This document shows, one piece after another, positions 10,387-19,336 of a stretch of DNA of 64,000 bases. Source of the stretch: a virus; the IMG/VR virus record IMGVR_UViG_3300035001_000008, positions 61,756 through 125,755 of that record; one strand, 5' to 3'. Below the pieces are notes generated by a model that saw only the letters and a program-made list of their open reading frames with translations, was not told the DNA's origin and did not search any database. Each line of letters starts with the position of its first letter. Within the stretch, counting starts at the first letter, position 1. The translations under genes and the position numbers were made by a program.

Positions 10387-11118
10387 GTGTCAGCTATTTA
10401 TGTAGATGCATCGTATAAAAAAGGAGAAAAGCATGCAGGTGTAGGTGTTTACAACAGTGATACAGGTTTAGCTATTGGCAGAAGAATAGAAGCTGTTGTT
10501 AGCAGATATTGGCAAAGGATCACACTGCATGCTGAGCTTCACGCTATAGGAGTTGCCGCCTTAATGGAAGGCGTTACTCACATAATCACAGACAGTAAAG
10601 ATGCTGTAGAACTGTATAAAGGGTTAAAGGAAATACCTGAAGGTGTGCGTTTAACCTCGTTGCCTGATGGTTGTGAGTTGACATGGATACCCAGAGAGCA
10701 GAACCTCATAGCTGACTGGATGGCTAAAGCTCCTATGGATATAGAACTACAACTGGCCCCTAACTTAGTTGATTTACCGACCCCTGAGCCTGCTGTAGTA
10801 GAACTTGCCCTTGATTTAGTAGAAGCTAAAAGACAAAAATGGATAGGCAATCTAAAATATACTCAGTTTTTAGATAGCGCTACTATTGAGTCAGTTAGGC
10901 AAGCTGACAGTTATATGCTTACAAGACTTATTGATGACGCTAAGTCTCAAGACAAATGGATTAAAGTAAATCAGGAATTAAAGACTAACATTAAAAAACT
11001 TAGACAGACTCAACAAGAATGGCACAACAAATATCAAAAACTAAATAGTGAGTATTCTCGATTGACAAGAGAACTAGAATCACTTAAACAAGAATATGGC
11101 ATAGATTCAGATGGCTAA
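10387..11118 (+). CDS. RNase HI-like protein with C-terminal coiled coil
   Basis: IYVDASY (D), HAELHAI (E), IITDSK (D), WIPREQNLIADWMAK (D): all four catalytic acidic residues in RNase H spacing; GTG start. Confidence 0.85.
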   Translation: MSAIYVDASYKKGEKHAGVGVYNSDTGLAIGRRIEAVVSRYWQRITLHAELHAIGVAALMEGVTHIITDSKDAVELYKGLKEIPEGVRLTSLPDGCELTWIPREQNLIADWMAKAPMDIELQLAPNLVDLPTPEPAVVELALDLVEAKRQKWIGNLKYTQFLDSATIESVRQADSYMLTRLIDDAKSQDKWIKVNQELKTNIKKLRQTQQEWHNKYQKLNSEYSRLTRELESLKQEYGIDSDG

Positions 11119-11181
11119 AGCTATATAATGCAAATCACTACTTGACCAAAAACCCTTTATAAGTTAAAGGTCTAATCTCAC

Positions 11182-11241
11182 TCAATCTTTATCCAATATT
11201 AGACAAAACCTATTGACCGTGATCACGCGCTAAGCTATAGT
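11182..11241 (+). promoter_or_regulatory. sigma70-type promoter with upstream conserved phage box
   Basis: TTGACC(11213-18)-N17-TATAGT(11236-41); upstream CTTTATCCAATATTAGAC matches the recurring box. Confidence 0.75.
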
Positions 11242-11270
11242 AAGTGAAATAGGACAAAGGAACTAAACCA

Positions 11271-12164
11271 ATGGCTAAGCTTGAAGACGTAATTAAGGCT
11301 CATGGTGGCGGTAAGCAATCCGGTAAGTTTGCAGTGCCTCTATCCATGCTTCAGATTGATACCCAGCTAGATAAGCGTGACCGCACTACAGAACGCTATC
11401 AGATTCACTTTAATAATGTAAAAGCAGGCATCGTTACTCGTAAGGGCATTGAAGACACTATCGAGGTACATAGGGGTGTAGGTGACAATGCCGATACTCT
11501 GTATGTGGTTAATGGTCGTACTCGCACCTATGCGGCCCGTGAGGCTATCTCAGAAGGATTACTAGGGGACGTTACAGAAGATACGTTCCTAGTCCCTGTA
11601 GAGGTTAAACAAGGCAATGAGCTTGATTTCCTGGCTACTCAGTTTCGCACTCAGCAAGTTTTAACCCTCAGTGCTGCTGAGCAAGGCGCTATTGTGGCTG
11701 AGATGGTTCGCACTGCTGGAGGACTTGAAGATAAAGTAGCTGAAGCTTTAGGTAAGTCACTTAAACAAGTTCAAGACCTTCTCAAAGTCGATAGATTACT
11801 TCCTCAAGTAAAGGAAATGATTTCAAACGGTGACGTTGCTGTTACCGTCGCTGTTGAACTAGCTGAGGAACATAGCGGTACTGAGCTAGTAGAAATCTTT
11901 AGCAAAGCTAAGGAAACTAAACAAGTTGAGCAGTCTGAAGATTCTGACAAACCTAAAAAAGGTAAAGGTAATCCTAAAAACAGACTAACTAAGCGTGACA
12001 TTTACAATGCTAAATTCAATTCTCTGGCTGATTCAGAGCGTGAATCACAAACTACCAGCATGTTGAATAACATCATCGCAGTACTTGAGGATCAAAAGCT
12101 TGACCCGTTCACCCTTAAGCAACTACACGACATCTCAGTTAAAGCATTTGACAAAATGGATTAA
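11271..12164 (+). CDS. ParB/Spo0J-like protein (no ParA in window)
   Basis: ParB-N motif LYVVNGRTRTYAA; HTH region LSAAEQGAIV..KVAEALGKSLKQVQDLLKV..LLPQVKEMISNGDV. Confidence 0.75.
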   Translation: MAKLEDVIKAHGGGKQSGKFAVPLSMLQIDTQLDKRDRTTERYQIHFNNVKAGIVTRKGIEDTIEVHRGVGDNADTLYVVNGRTRTYAAREAISEGLLGDVTEDTFLVPVEVKQGNELDFLATQFRTQQVLTLSAAEQGAIVAEMVRTAGGLEDKVAEALGKSLKQVQDLLKVDRLLPQVKEMISNGDVAVTVAVELAEEHSGTELVEIFSKAKETKQVEQSEDSDKPKKGKGNPKNRLTKRDIYNAKFNSLADSERESQTTSMLNNIIAVLEDQKLDPFTLKQLHDISVKAFDKMD

Positions 12165-12195
12165 GGTTTCACTACACACTACGGAGTTTAATTAA

Positions 12196-12480
12196 ATGGA
12201 TACTGAAGAAAACTTTTATATTGGTGTACCTTGTGAAGGTCAGCGTTTAGCTGATGGTACATATTGGACTAACTGTGATGCTAATGTGGGTGATATATCT
12301 GAAACTCACCATTACGAAACTAAATATGATTCAGTAAATGGTCATATGTCTAAGTCTAAAAAGACTAAATGTATTGAAACTTCTACATTCAATGGCTTAC
12401 CTTTTGCTAGATGGGAAGATATAGATACTGATTGGCGTAACGCTGTTAAATATTCAAACCATCAGTGGGGTTATAAATAA
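12196..12480 (+). CDS. hypothetical phage protein (94 aa)
   Basis: ORF with RBS (GGAG) in early operon. Confidence 0.65.
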   Translation: MDTEENFYIGVPCEGQRLADGTYWTNCDANVGDISETHHYETKYDSVNGHMSKSKKTKCIETSTFNGLPFARWEDIDTDWRNAVKYSNHQWGYK

Positions 12481-12746
12481 TGAAAGTACTAGATTGGTGG
12501 GAATCAACCGCTTTAAGGACTGAAGCAGATGACGGAAAGCTTAGGGGTGAGATTGTTTATATCATGTATGACAATGTAGGAACACAACTATGGTGGAATG
12601 GTGTTGATTGGTCTAAAAACATTAACGATGCTACACCTATGATAAATGACGGTAATTTATTTAATCAATTCAAATCAGGAGAACCTATTGTTTTAATTGA
12701 ATATGAATACTTCACTGAAAGTATACTCAAATCCATTGCACATTAG
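12480..12746 (+). CDS. hypothetical phage protein (88 aa)
   Basis: TAATG translational coupling. Confidence 0.65.
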   Translation: MKVLDWWESTALRTEADDGKLRGEIVYIMYDNVGTQLWWNGVDWSKNINDATPMINDGNLFNQFKSGEPIVLIEYEYFTESILKSIAH

Positions 12747-12811
12747 ACAAACGTGAGTTAAACTTAAAAAGTAACGCGCACAGCGCTAAGAAATAAAGGA
12801 AGGAAAACAAC

Positions 12812-12985
12812 ATGTCTAACGAAAGAATGTCTATTGAAGAAATAGTTCAACACAATGACGCTATCATGCAAAAGATAAGGAAGCTTATTGATCAATATGC
12901 ACAGGCTATTGATAATGAATTACTTGACGAAGCTAGGCGAATAATGGCTGAAAAGAGAAGCCTAGAAAAAGAACTCATTCGCTAG
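12812..12985 (+). CDS. small coiled-coil protein (57 aa, not in ORF track)
   Basis: AAGGAAGGA RBS; MSNERMSIEEIVQHN...LEKELIR*. Confidence 0.6.
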   Translation: MSNERMSIEEIVQHNDAIMQKIRKLIDQYAQAIDNELLDEARRIMAEKRSLEKELIR

Positions 12986-13037
12986 ATTGCTAAGGGTGCA
13001 TTTATTATTCAATGGAGTAATTAAAGGACTAGGTAAA

Positions 13038-13367
13038 ATGCCATACACAAAAGATCAAATAGTCATTATTATGACTGGACAACCAGACCAAGAAACATGC
13101 ATTGACTTGTTTGAATCTAGTTGGTGGGAAGACTTTACACATGAGCAAGCAGCTTTTTTGCAATTCCATCAAGATAAACTATGTATGCCTTTTGGGTTAT
13201 TCCATAAATACTTTGAAAACTTAATTGGCAGACCTGTTTACAGCCATGAGTTCGCATCTAAACGTTTGCTACAAGAAGAACTAGAGACAGGTATTCATCC
13301 AACGTTAAATGAAATACTTGCCCAAATCCCATCTGAAAAGTTAATCACTTTTACCCAAAATAATTAA
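13038..13367 (+). CDS. conserved hypothetical phage protein
   Basis: AAGGA..AGG RBS before ATG 13038; WWEDFT..QFHQDKLCMPF..GRPVYSHEF motif resembles a widespread uncharacterised phage family. Confidence 0.7.
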   Translation: MPYTKDQIVIIMTGQPDQETCIDLFESSWWEDFTHEQAAFLQFHQDKLCMPFGLFHKYFENLIGRPVYSHEFASKRLLQEELETGIHPTLNEILAQIPSEKLITFTQNN

Positions 13368-13368
13368 A

Positions 13369-13575
13369 ATGGACACTAACTATATTCAGAGACAGTTGAA
13401 TCTTTATTACGGGACTACTAACATCCCGGCTCAATCTGATTGCCTATGGCGTATCGCATCAAACGCTGATATCTACTCACCTGATGAATTAAACAATGTA
13501 GACAATCACAATCTACCTTTGTCAATGATTCAGCAAATACTTGACTGGTTGTTTCAAAACAAGTTTTACTTTTAA
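13369..13575 (+). CDS. hypothetical protein (68 aa)
   Basis: Last gene before terminator. Confidence 0.6.
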   Translation: MDTNYIQRQLNLYYGTTNIPAQSDCLWRIASNADIYSPDELNNVDNHNLPLSMIQQILDWLFQNKFYF

Positions 13576-13592
13576 GCGCTTCGCTTTAATTA

Positions 13593-13622
13593 AAAACCCC
13601 TAGGCTTTTGTCTAGGGGTTTT
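13593..13622 (+). terminator. intrinsic terminator
   Basis: AAAACCCCTAG-N8-CTAGGGGTTTT. Confidence 0.85.
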
Positions 13623-13662
13623 CTTTGTCTCAACTTTATTTAATTAAGGGTGTTCAATACAT

Positions 13663-13698
13663 TAACTTTGCCTAACGTGCAATGAAGTAAGGCATAAT
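13663..13698 (+). promoter_or_regulatory. box-type phage promoter
   Basis: TAACTTTGCCTAA-N17-CATAAT. Confidence 0.7.
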
Positions 13699-13723
13699 AG
13701 ACATATAGAAACAAGGAAAGCAA

Positions 13724-13957
13724 ATGATTAACCATCCTGAAGCAAAGATTAATAAACTAAACCGTCAACTTGCAGGCTATCCCGTAGTAGTTGGCCCATG
13801 CTATGAGCAATCTGGCGGTAAGTGGAAGCTTCTAGGGTATGAGGCCGCTAATCTAGGAAATAAGCGTATAACGTTCAATGTTAACCTTAATCAGCTAATG
13901 GATGCAGTAAACAATATGATTGACAACAATCATATTATGCTCAGACCATACGCCTAA
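13724..13957 (+). CDS. hypothetical protein (77 aa)
   Basis: AAGGAAAGCAAATG start context identical to 14248 gene. Confidence 0.7.
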   Translation: MINHPEAKINKLNRQLAGYPVVVGPCYEQSGGKWKLLGYEAANLGNKRITFNVNLNQLMDAVNNMIDNNHIMLRPYA

Positions 13958-13984
13958 TATCAACTAAACATTGGAGTTAAACAG

Positions 13985-14110
13985 ATGACAGATAAAAATA
14001 CGAGTATTGTACCTAGGCCGATTAAAAAGCGTACAGATGCTACGGTAAATCCGCTTAAGCGGCCAGATTATTTGATTCACTGGCAAAAGTTCAAACAGGC
14101 TAAAGACTGA
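13985..14110 (+). CDS. small hypothetical protein (41 aa, not in ORF track)
   Basis: GGAG RBS; MTDKNTSIVPRPIKKR...KQAKD*; followed by terminator. Confidence 0.5.
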   Translation: MTDKNTSIVPRPIKKRTDATVNPLKRPDYLIHWQKFKQAKD

Positions 14111-14115
14111 TAGTT

Positions 14116-14144
14116 AAAACCCCTGGTGATCACTAGGGGTTTTT
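14116..14144 (+). terminator. intrinsic terminator
   Basis: AAAACCCCTGGTG-AT-CACTAGGGGTTTTT. Confidence 0.85.
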
Positions 14145-14184
14145 ATTTTGTCAGGCTTTACAGAACATGGCTAACTCAACATAT

Positions 14185-14220
14185 TAACTTTACCTAATAC
14201 TAGATAGGTAATGTCATAAT
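14185..14220 (+). promoter_or_regulatory. box-type phage promoter
   Basis: TAACTTTACCTAA-N17-CATAAT. Confidence 0.75.
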
Positions 14221-14247
14221 AGGGATATAAGCAACCAAGGAAAGCAA

Positions 14248-14664
14248 ATGAATCTCTTCACTTCCCTAGCTACTCAAATCGGCGTTACTGATGAAGTTGA
14301 TACTTGCTCCTGTTGCGGTAAAACCAATCTAAAGCGTACTGTAGTTTTTGAAACTACTCAAGACTGGCAAGGTGACGGTGGCGATCAATTTGTTTTTTTC
14401 GGTACTACTTGCGCTACTAACGCTAAAAGCAAAGCTAAAAAGCGTTTTAATGATATCCGTTCTAAAGTTAATGCTGAGGGTTTAACTGAATCAGAACAAC
14501 GTGATAAAGCAGCGCGTGAGAAGGTTAAAGTTGACTATGCTCGGTTTCTAGTCAACCGTGGTCATAGCCTACCTGAAGCTTGGGACATTGTTCGACATAT
14601 CGAATCTCAGCCTAACGGTGTTTATCGTATGGCTACTAAACTTAAACTAAGCGCTATCGCTTAA
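14248..14664 (+). CDS. putative Zn-binding phage protein (138 aa)
   Basis: CSCCGKTNLKRTV...FFGTTCA motif; own promoter and terminator. Confidence 0.7.
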   Translation: MNLFTSLATQIGVTDEVDTCSCCGKTNLKRTVVFETTQDWQGDGGDQFVFFGTTCATNAKSKAKKRFNDIRSKVNAEGLTESEQRDKAAREKVKVDYARFLVNRGHSLPEAWDIVRHIESQPNGVYRMATKLKLSAIA

Positions 14665-14687
14665 ACTCAAATCAACCTTACCTACTC

Positions 14688-14767
14688 ACCCCGCTTAAGG
14701 CGGGGTTTTTAATGCCAATAAAAAACCACTACTCAATAAAGCTTGCTGGCGCTGAATAGTGGTTTAG
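14688..14767. terminator. convergent terminator pair
   Basis: ACCCCGC-TTAAG-GCGGGGTTTTT (plus) and AAACCACTA...TAGTGGTTT (minus) between convergent operons. Confidence 0.75.
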
Positions 14768-14805
14768 TTTAATTCGTTTGTCGTGTCCATACAAAGGAGG
14801 ACTAT

Positions 14806-15057
14806 TTACATTTTAGCTTTCTTCAAAACGTTACCCAAGTCATTAATAGTTTCCTTTTTCAATCCAGCTATCAACATATCAAGGCTAATAGCATCACCAT
14901 AACTAACAGCTTTATCTTTTTTCTCAATAGCACATTTCAAAGTATCAACTGCAAACTCATAAGACACAGTACCTTTGAACTTAAGTTCAATTGAAACAGT
15001 TTTACCGTCTGTCTCAAAATGCCAAGTTCCTAGACAATCATCCATAGTTTCAATCAT
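14806..15057 (-). CDS. hypothetical protein (~83 aa)
   Basis: GGGGA RBS before ATG 15057 (MIETMDD...). Confidence 0.6.
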   Translation of the reverse strand: MIETMDDCLGTWHFETDGKTVSIELKFKGTVSYEFAVDTLKCAIEKKDKAVSYGDAISLDMLIAGLKKETINDLGNVLKKAKM

Positions 15058-15061
15058 TTTA

Positions 15062-15415
15062 TTAATCCCCAATAAAATTAGTAAGTAACTCAGCAGTCCA
15101 ATCAAAGCAATTAACCATTACTTGAGCTAAATCTAAAATAGCGTGTCTACTACAAAAATGAAGCATTATATCTTGGGGTGACATATCCCAATCAGAGCAA
15201 CCATCCCACTTTACAGCACCTTTTGCTAAACACTCACCTAAGTCAAAGTAAGGCATAGTTTCGTTAGATGAGTTTAGTAATTCAATTGTTTTGGTGTTAT
15301 TCTCCGAATAAGATTCAACAGACGCGAAAATATAGTAACCAACGCTATGTTCTTTCACATCGGCAAATGCGGTGTATCCTAAATCAATAAAATCTTTTCT
15401 TAGTAATTCAGACAT
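15062..15415 (-). CDS. hypothetical phage protein (117 aa)
   Basis: AAGGA RBS; GAVKWDGCSDW motif. Confidence 0.7.
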   Translation of the reverse strand: MSELLRKDFIDLGYTAFADVKEHSVGYYIFASVESYSENNTKTIELLNSSNETMPYFDLGECLAKGAVKWDGCSDWDMSPQDIMLHFCSRHAILDLAQVMVNCFDWTAELLTNFIGD

Positions 15416-15470
15416 TGGTAATCCTTTTAATTAATTCTAAAGTCACCAGCAGCCGCTTTAAGGCGGCTAA

Positions 15471-15656
15471 TCACTGATTAAGGTAACTCTCTACCAATTC
15501 ACCCCTAACCTTTTGTAGATGCTCAATAAAAGCATCATACCCTTCGATGTCTGTCGCTATTTTAATCGAAGTATCTCCAAAGTGTAGAAAAATACCTTCG
15601 GTTACAATGTCACCGTCTGAATCGTAAGTGTTGATTGAGAATTTAGGATTGTTCAT
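15471..15656 (-). CDS. hypothetical protein (61 aa)
   Basis: GGAG RBS; MNNPKFSINTYDSDG... Confidence 0.6.
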   Translation of the reverse strand: MNNPKFSINTYDSDGDIVTEGIFLHFGDTSIKIATDIEGYDAFIEHLQKVRGELVESYLNQ

Positions 15657-15658
15657 TC

Positions 15659-15814
15659 TCAACTCTCCTTAAAACTAAATTCTTTTTTATTCAAATTCTG
15701 TAGCAAAACAGCACCGTGATCCTTCTCAAATTTAAGCGTGTTTAATCCCTGTGAAATAGATACATTCCAAGGGCCAAGGGTACTTAGAATAGCGTGAGCT
15801 TCTGATTCGGTCAT
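15659..15814 (-). CDS. small hypothetical protein (51 aa, not in ORF track)
   Basis: Fills operon gap; MTESEAHAILSTLGPW... Confidence 0.5.
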   Translation of the reverse strand: MTESEAHAILSTLGPWNVSISQGLNTLKFEKDHGAVLLQNLNKKEFSFKES

Positions 15815-16140
15815 TTTAATTTCTCTAATAATACATTCAAATAATCAGGATACTTCTCTGCAAATTCAAGCCTTAGTTTTTTACAATGTTTTTCAGAAGA
15901 TATTTTCAATTGAACTATTAGATCAAACTGAGCTTTTACGGCTGTATACTCTGATTTATAACTATCGCCACAATCAGCATACATCCCATAAGCATCTACA
16001 TTCTTTTTAGCCATCTCTAAATGAGCGTGTATGCCCTTAGCATTAGCCCTCAATAAACTTCTTTGTTTATAAGCACACAGAACTTCACCTATTGCTATAT
16101 AAACTTCTTTCATTTTCAATTCCTCAATACTACCTAACAT
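15811..16140 (-). CDS. hypothetical coiled-coil protein
   Basis: TAATG coupling to 16140..17468 gene. Confidence 0.6.
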   Translation of the reverse strand: MLGSIEELKMKEVYIAIGEVLCAYKQRSLLRANAKGIHAHLEMAKKNVDAYGMYADCGDSYKSEYTAVKAQFDLIVQLKISSEKHCKKLRLEFAEKYPDYLNVLLEKLK

Positions 16141-17468
16141 TATACAGCAACTAACTCTCTATCCTCAATTTCTTTATATTCAATTTCATCTAAATAAGGT
16201 TGGTAATAGATGGAAGAGAATTGAATATCCTCATCAGTGATTAGCAGTAGCTCACCATCAATCTCTACTAACTCAGATTCGTTAATGTAGCTGACGTCAG
16301 GTGGGTAATACGTAACGACAGATGCCCCGGACTGAAACCAAGTGATAACCCAATCAATTGAACGGGCTAGACCTTCTATAGGGCGATTAAAACTATCTTT
16401 AGGGATGATAGTACCTCCAATAGCTTCCCACGCTTTAATAGCGCATCGGCGTAATTGACTAAGGGTTTTGATAGAAGCATCTACAACAGACTGCACAGCA
16501 GTACCGATACTGAAAGATGCTTTCTTAGCTTGCACCTTCTCAGCGACAATCATTTCCTCAATCGGACACTTGCCAGACTCAGACTCAGAACCCTTACCAG
16601 ACCGTCTAGGAGCACGCCCTAGAAAGAACTCATGAGCTAGTACGGTTAGAAAGTTTTTATGCCCTGGTAGGTCTGCTAGCGTAGGCTGTTGAGTTGTAAA
16701 GTACCCATCAGCTTTACTTAGAAAGCAATGTTCAAGGTACTCATACACATGCAGTAAGCGGTTAATTTTAAATTTACTGAGGTTTGTCGCGTAACGTCTG
16801 CCATCTACATAGGATGCGTCAACATCAAAGCAACCTAGAGCGGCTAGGTTGTTACGCACAAAGCGCATATAGTCTACACCTGTGTAGGCAGTATCACCAC
16901 AAGACTTTTTAACAAACTTAGCCGACTGCTCAAGGCTTACCTGCTGCCAGTCTACTTCTAGCATCTCAGGCAGTAGAGTGTAGTCGATGGCGTATCCACT
17001 TTTTGATTGAGCATGGCCTACCCATTCAATAGCCTTGACCTTATCCATTAAGCAGTAGATTACATGCCCGATATATGCCAAGTGTGATTGAATCCCTCTC
17101 CTAGGAGCCGTCACCTTTCTAGGGTCTTTAGTGGTCTTGCTTACAATGCTGTTAGGGTCTGCTAGTAGCTCAGCCCCTAAGCCATGTAGATAAAGCTCAA
17201 AGTCTTGGTCTAGGTTGGGTACTTGATACTGAGAGGTATACCGTACCTGACTCTTACGGCTTTTAATCTCACCAGTCTTTTTACTGATATAGAACCTTTC
17301 ACGCATGACCCTACCACCGTAGGCATCCACTGGATAAAGGGTTAAAGGGTGTAGTGAAGGCTGACCTATATCAGGGTTAAGCCAGTCCCTTGTTACTTCA
17401 TCGTCTAATAGTGGTTGGTGATCTTTGTATTTATCAGGCAGGTATGTTATCATGACGGTATTGAACAA
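16140..17468 (-). CDS. large hypothetical protein, possible replication initiator / DNA-binding protein (442 aa)
   Basis: No confident family; wHTH-like segment (DYMRFVRNNLAALGCF..); promoter embedded in an inverted repeat; next to an AT-rich repeat-flanked region. Confidence 0.4.
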   Translation of the reverse strand: MFNTVMITYLPDKYKDHQPLLDDEVTRDWLNPDIGQPSLHPLTLYPVDAYGGRVMRERFYISKKTGEIKSRKSQVRYTSQYQVPNLDQDFELYLHGLGAELLADPNSIVSKTTKDPRKVTAPRRGIQSHLAYIGHVIYCLMDKVKAIEWVGHAQSKSGYAIDYTLLPEMLEVDWQQVSLEQSAKFVKKSCGDTAYTGVDYMRFVRNNLAALGCFDVDASYVDGRRYATNLSKFKINRLLHVYEYLEHCFLSKADGYFTTQQPTLADLPGHKNFLTVLAHEFFLGRAPRRSGKGSESESGKCPIEEMIVAEKVQAKKASFSIGTAVQSVVDASIKTLSQLRRCAIKAWEAIGGTIIPKDSFNRPIEGLARSIDWVITWFQSGASVVTYYPPDVSYINESELVEIDGELLLITDEDIQFSSIYYQPYLDEIEYKEIEDRELVAV

Positions 17469-17476
17469 CTATATCT

Positions 17477-17516
17477 AATATACCACGGTTTTTTGCTTTT
17501 GAGCAAGCCGTGGTAT
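17477..17516 (-). promoter_or_regulatory. promoter embedded in inverted repeat (candidate autoregulatory operator)
   Basis: TTGCTC-N18-TATATT on minus; IR ATACCACGG(17480-88)/CCGTGGTAT(17508-16) with inner TTGCT/AGCAA. Confidence 0.55.
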
Positions 17517-17758
17517 TTTTTGTCTAATGGGCAACGCCAAATAAAATTTGAAGTGGACAAGCCATATAACTTTAAGCCTCTATATATTTATCTCACTCCG
17601 TTTTATAAATTAAAATCTTTACCAGTGTTAAATATATAACTAGGTAAAGGTTTATGCGTTGTCCACTTGGATTAGAGGTACACCCTAAGCATTTCTACTC
17701 AATCACTGGATAAGCTTAATCAATTAAGTAAATATACTCAGCGTGTAAACACCATCAA

Positions 17759-17974
17759 TTAACCTTCCAACAAATCAGATGGCCCTATTCTCACTCCTGC
17801 TATAGCCGACAAGGCATCACATAAGGCTGATAGTTCAGCACCAGAGAATCTAGGCATCTCATCAGCGGTTCTCATTCTACTAATAGATGTCTCATGCCTC
17901 TGCAACTTCTCAGCTAAAAGCTTGTTACTAATGCGATGTCTCGCCATCACTTCATTTAAGCGCCATGTAAGCAT
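17759..17974 (-). CDS. XRE/Cro-like HTH transcriptional regulator (71 aa)
   Basis: WRLNEVMARHRISNKLLAEKL..HETSISRMR...LCDAL..PSDLLE, typical cyanobacterial HTH_26-like pattern; divergent from the early operon. Confidence 0.85.
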   Translation of the reverse strand: MLTWRLNEVMARHRISNKLLAEKLQRHETSISRMRTADEMPRFSGAELSALCDALSAIAGVRIGPSDLLEG

Positions 17975-18117
17975 GTGGGTTAACTAAAGCGGCTATGCTA
18001 GTATCCCTTACAATCTAGCTCTCACAAGCCCTTAGACTCACCTCTCAGCTTACAAATGATTAAATAGGTAAATGTACTCAGTTACAGGCTTTACACAACT
18101 ACTGTTTAACTTTACGC

Positions 18118-18153
18118 TAAGTTTATGTAACGTTAGACAGAGTGAGGTATATT
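18118..18153 (+). promoter_or_regulatory. box-type phage promoter
   Basis: TAAGTTTATGTAA-N17-TATATT. Confidence 0.65.
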
Positions 18154-18182
18154 AAAAGGGTGGTGAGACAGAGGACATACGG

Positions 18183-18416
18183 ATGAAACGCGACAAACTT
18201 TTTTATCAAGCTGTAATGACGCATAATTGTTATGTAATTGGTAATTTAGCTACATCTGCTACAGGTCGTAGACTAGCAGCTTTGATAGAACTATCAGAGT
18301 TAAAGTTTCAGATGGCTAACGACATTGGCATTGTAGAAGGATTAGATGCTGTGATTGAAAAAATACTTCGATACTACGATGTGCAAAAAGCTATCAAAAG
18401 CTACGTAGCCAGTTAA
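18183..18416 (+). CDS. hypothetical protein (77 aa)
   Basis: GAGGA RBS after promoter. Confidence 0.65.
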   Translation: MKRDKLFYQAVMTHNCYVIGNLATSATGRRLAALIELSELKFQMANDIGIVEGLDAVIEKILRYYDVQKAIKSYVAS

Positions 18417-18453
18417 AATAATACTTAATGGTTTAGTAGTCGAACTTTAGGGC

Positions 18454-18741
18454 TTGAAAGTATTAATTTATTTTACAGGATTTAACCCTATGAACAGCAC
18501 CATGAATGATTTAGCTAATAAGCAATGGCCTGCAATTTTTCAAAACACTAGTTTGATTCAATCTCTACCAGAACGTGAGCTATGCGCTCAAATCTTCTGT
18601 GCTTGGGCCTTGTGTTCAATTAGACCTGAAGTGCATAACAACTTTGGGCATGTAATGGCTGCTTGTGCTACTCGACTATGTGTATCAGTGACGGATGAAT
18701 CACTTACTCAATACTGCAAGGATAAAGGTTGGTTGTCTTAA
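18454..18741 (+). CDS. hypothetical protein (start uncertain, TTG 18454 or ATG 18490)
   Basis: ORF in early operon. Confidence 0.55.
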   Translation: MKVLIYFTGFNPMNSTMNDLANKQWPAIFQNTSLIQSLPERELCAQIFCAWALCSIRPEVHNNFGHVMAACATRLCVSVTDESLTQYCKDKGWLS

Positions 18742-18785
18742 GCCCTATTACAAGTTAAATTAAATAGATTAAAGGATATTCAATT

Positions 18786-19019
18786 ATGCCAAACGACTAC
18801 ATACCGTATAGCGACCTTTTAGCATTTGGTCATAAATTTAATGCTCTGCTAAAAGCTTATGCTGAAAAAGAAGGGGTTAAGTATGACTTAATGGATTTAT
18901 TTAATCGTGGTGTAAAAGCTTTAGAGTACGCGCAAGCTAAAAATAAAATACCTAATGACGCTACTATGCACTACGCCGCTCAGCAATGGGTTAAATGGAT
19001 AAAGGAGGGTAAGCCTTAA
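18786..19019 (+). CDS. hypothetical protein (77 aa)
   Basis: AAGGA RBS. Confidence 0.65.
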   Translation: MPNDYIPYSDLLAFGHKFNALLKAYAEKEGVKYDLMDLFNRGVKALEYAQAKNKIPNDATMHYAAQQWVKWIKEGKP

Positions 19020-19045
19020 TAGTTTAATTAATTACGTTTACCCCA

Positions 19046-19074
19046 TTGCACATTAAACAAACATCTGCTACACT
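19046..19074 (+). promoter_or_regulatory. sigma70-type promoter
   Basis: TTGCAC-N17-TACACT. Confidence 0.7.
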
Positions 19075-19100
19075 CAACATGTACATTAGGATTCAATTAA

Positions 19101-19316
19101 ATGGAAAACGATAAGCAATATACGATTCACGATGCTATTGACGTTACCACTTCGCTAAGTAAGCAAGCGTTTAACGCTTATAAACAAGCTTTCTTTAGTG
19201 AAGCTGCTGAGCAACGTTATGATGCTACGGGTAAAGCAATTGGCAATGCAGCTATTGAAGCCGTTAAACTTACACGTACTGTTAAATCTAAACTGAATAA
19301 GCCTCAACCTGAATAA
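19101..19316 (+). CDS. hypothetical protein (71 aa)
   Basis: AGGA RBS after promoter. Confidence 0.65.
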   Translation: MENDKQYTIHDAIDVTTSLSKQAFNAYKQAFFSEAAEQRYDATGKAIGNAAIEAVKLTRTVKSKLNKPQPE

Positions 19317-19336
19317 GTAACCAGCACAGCCTGTAA

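Noticed and set aside
17415-17639. 74-aa plus-strand ORF in the candidate origin region
   Set aside because: Antisense overlap with 16140..17468 and spans regulatory inverted repeats in low-complexity AT-rich DNA
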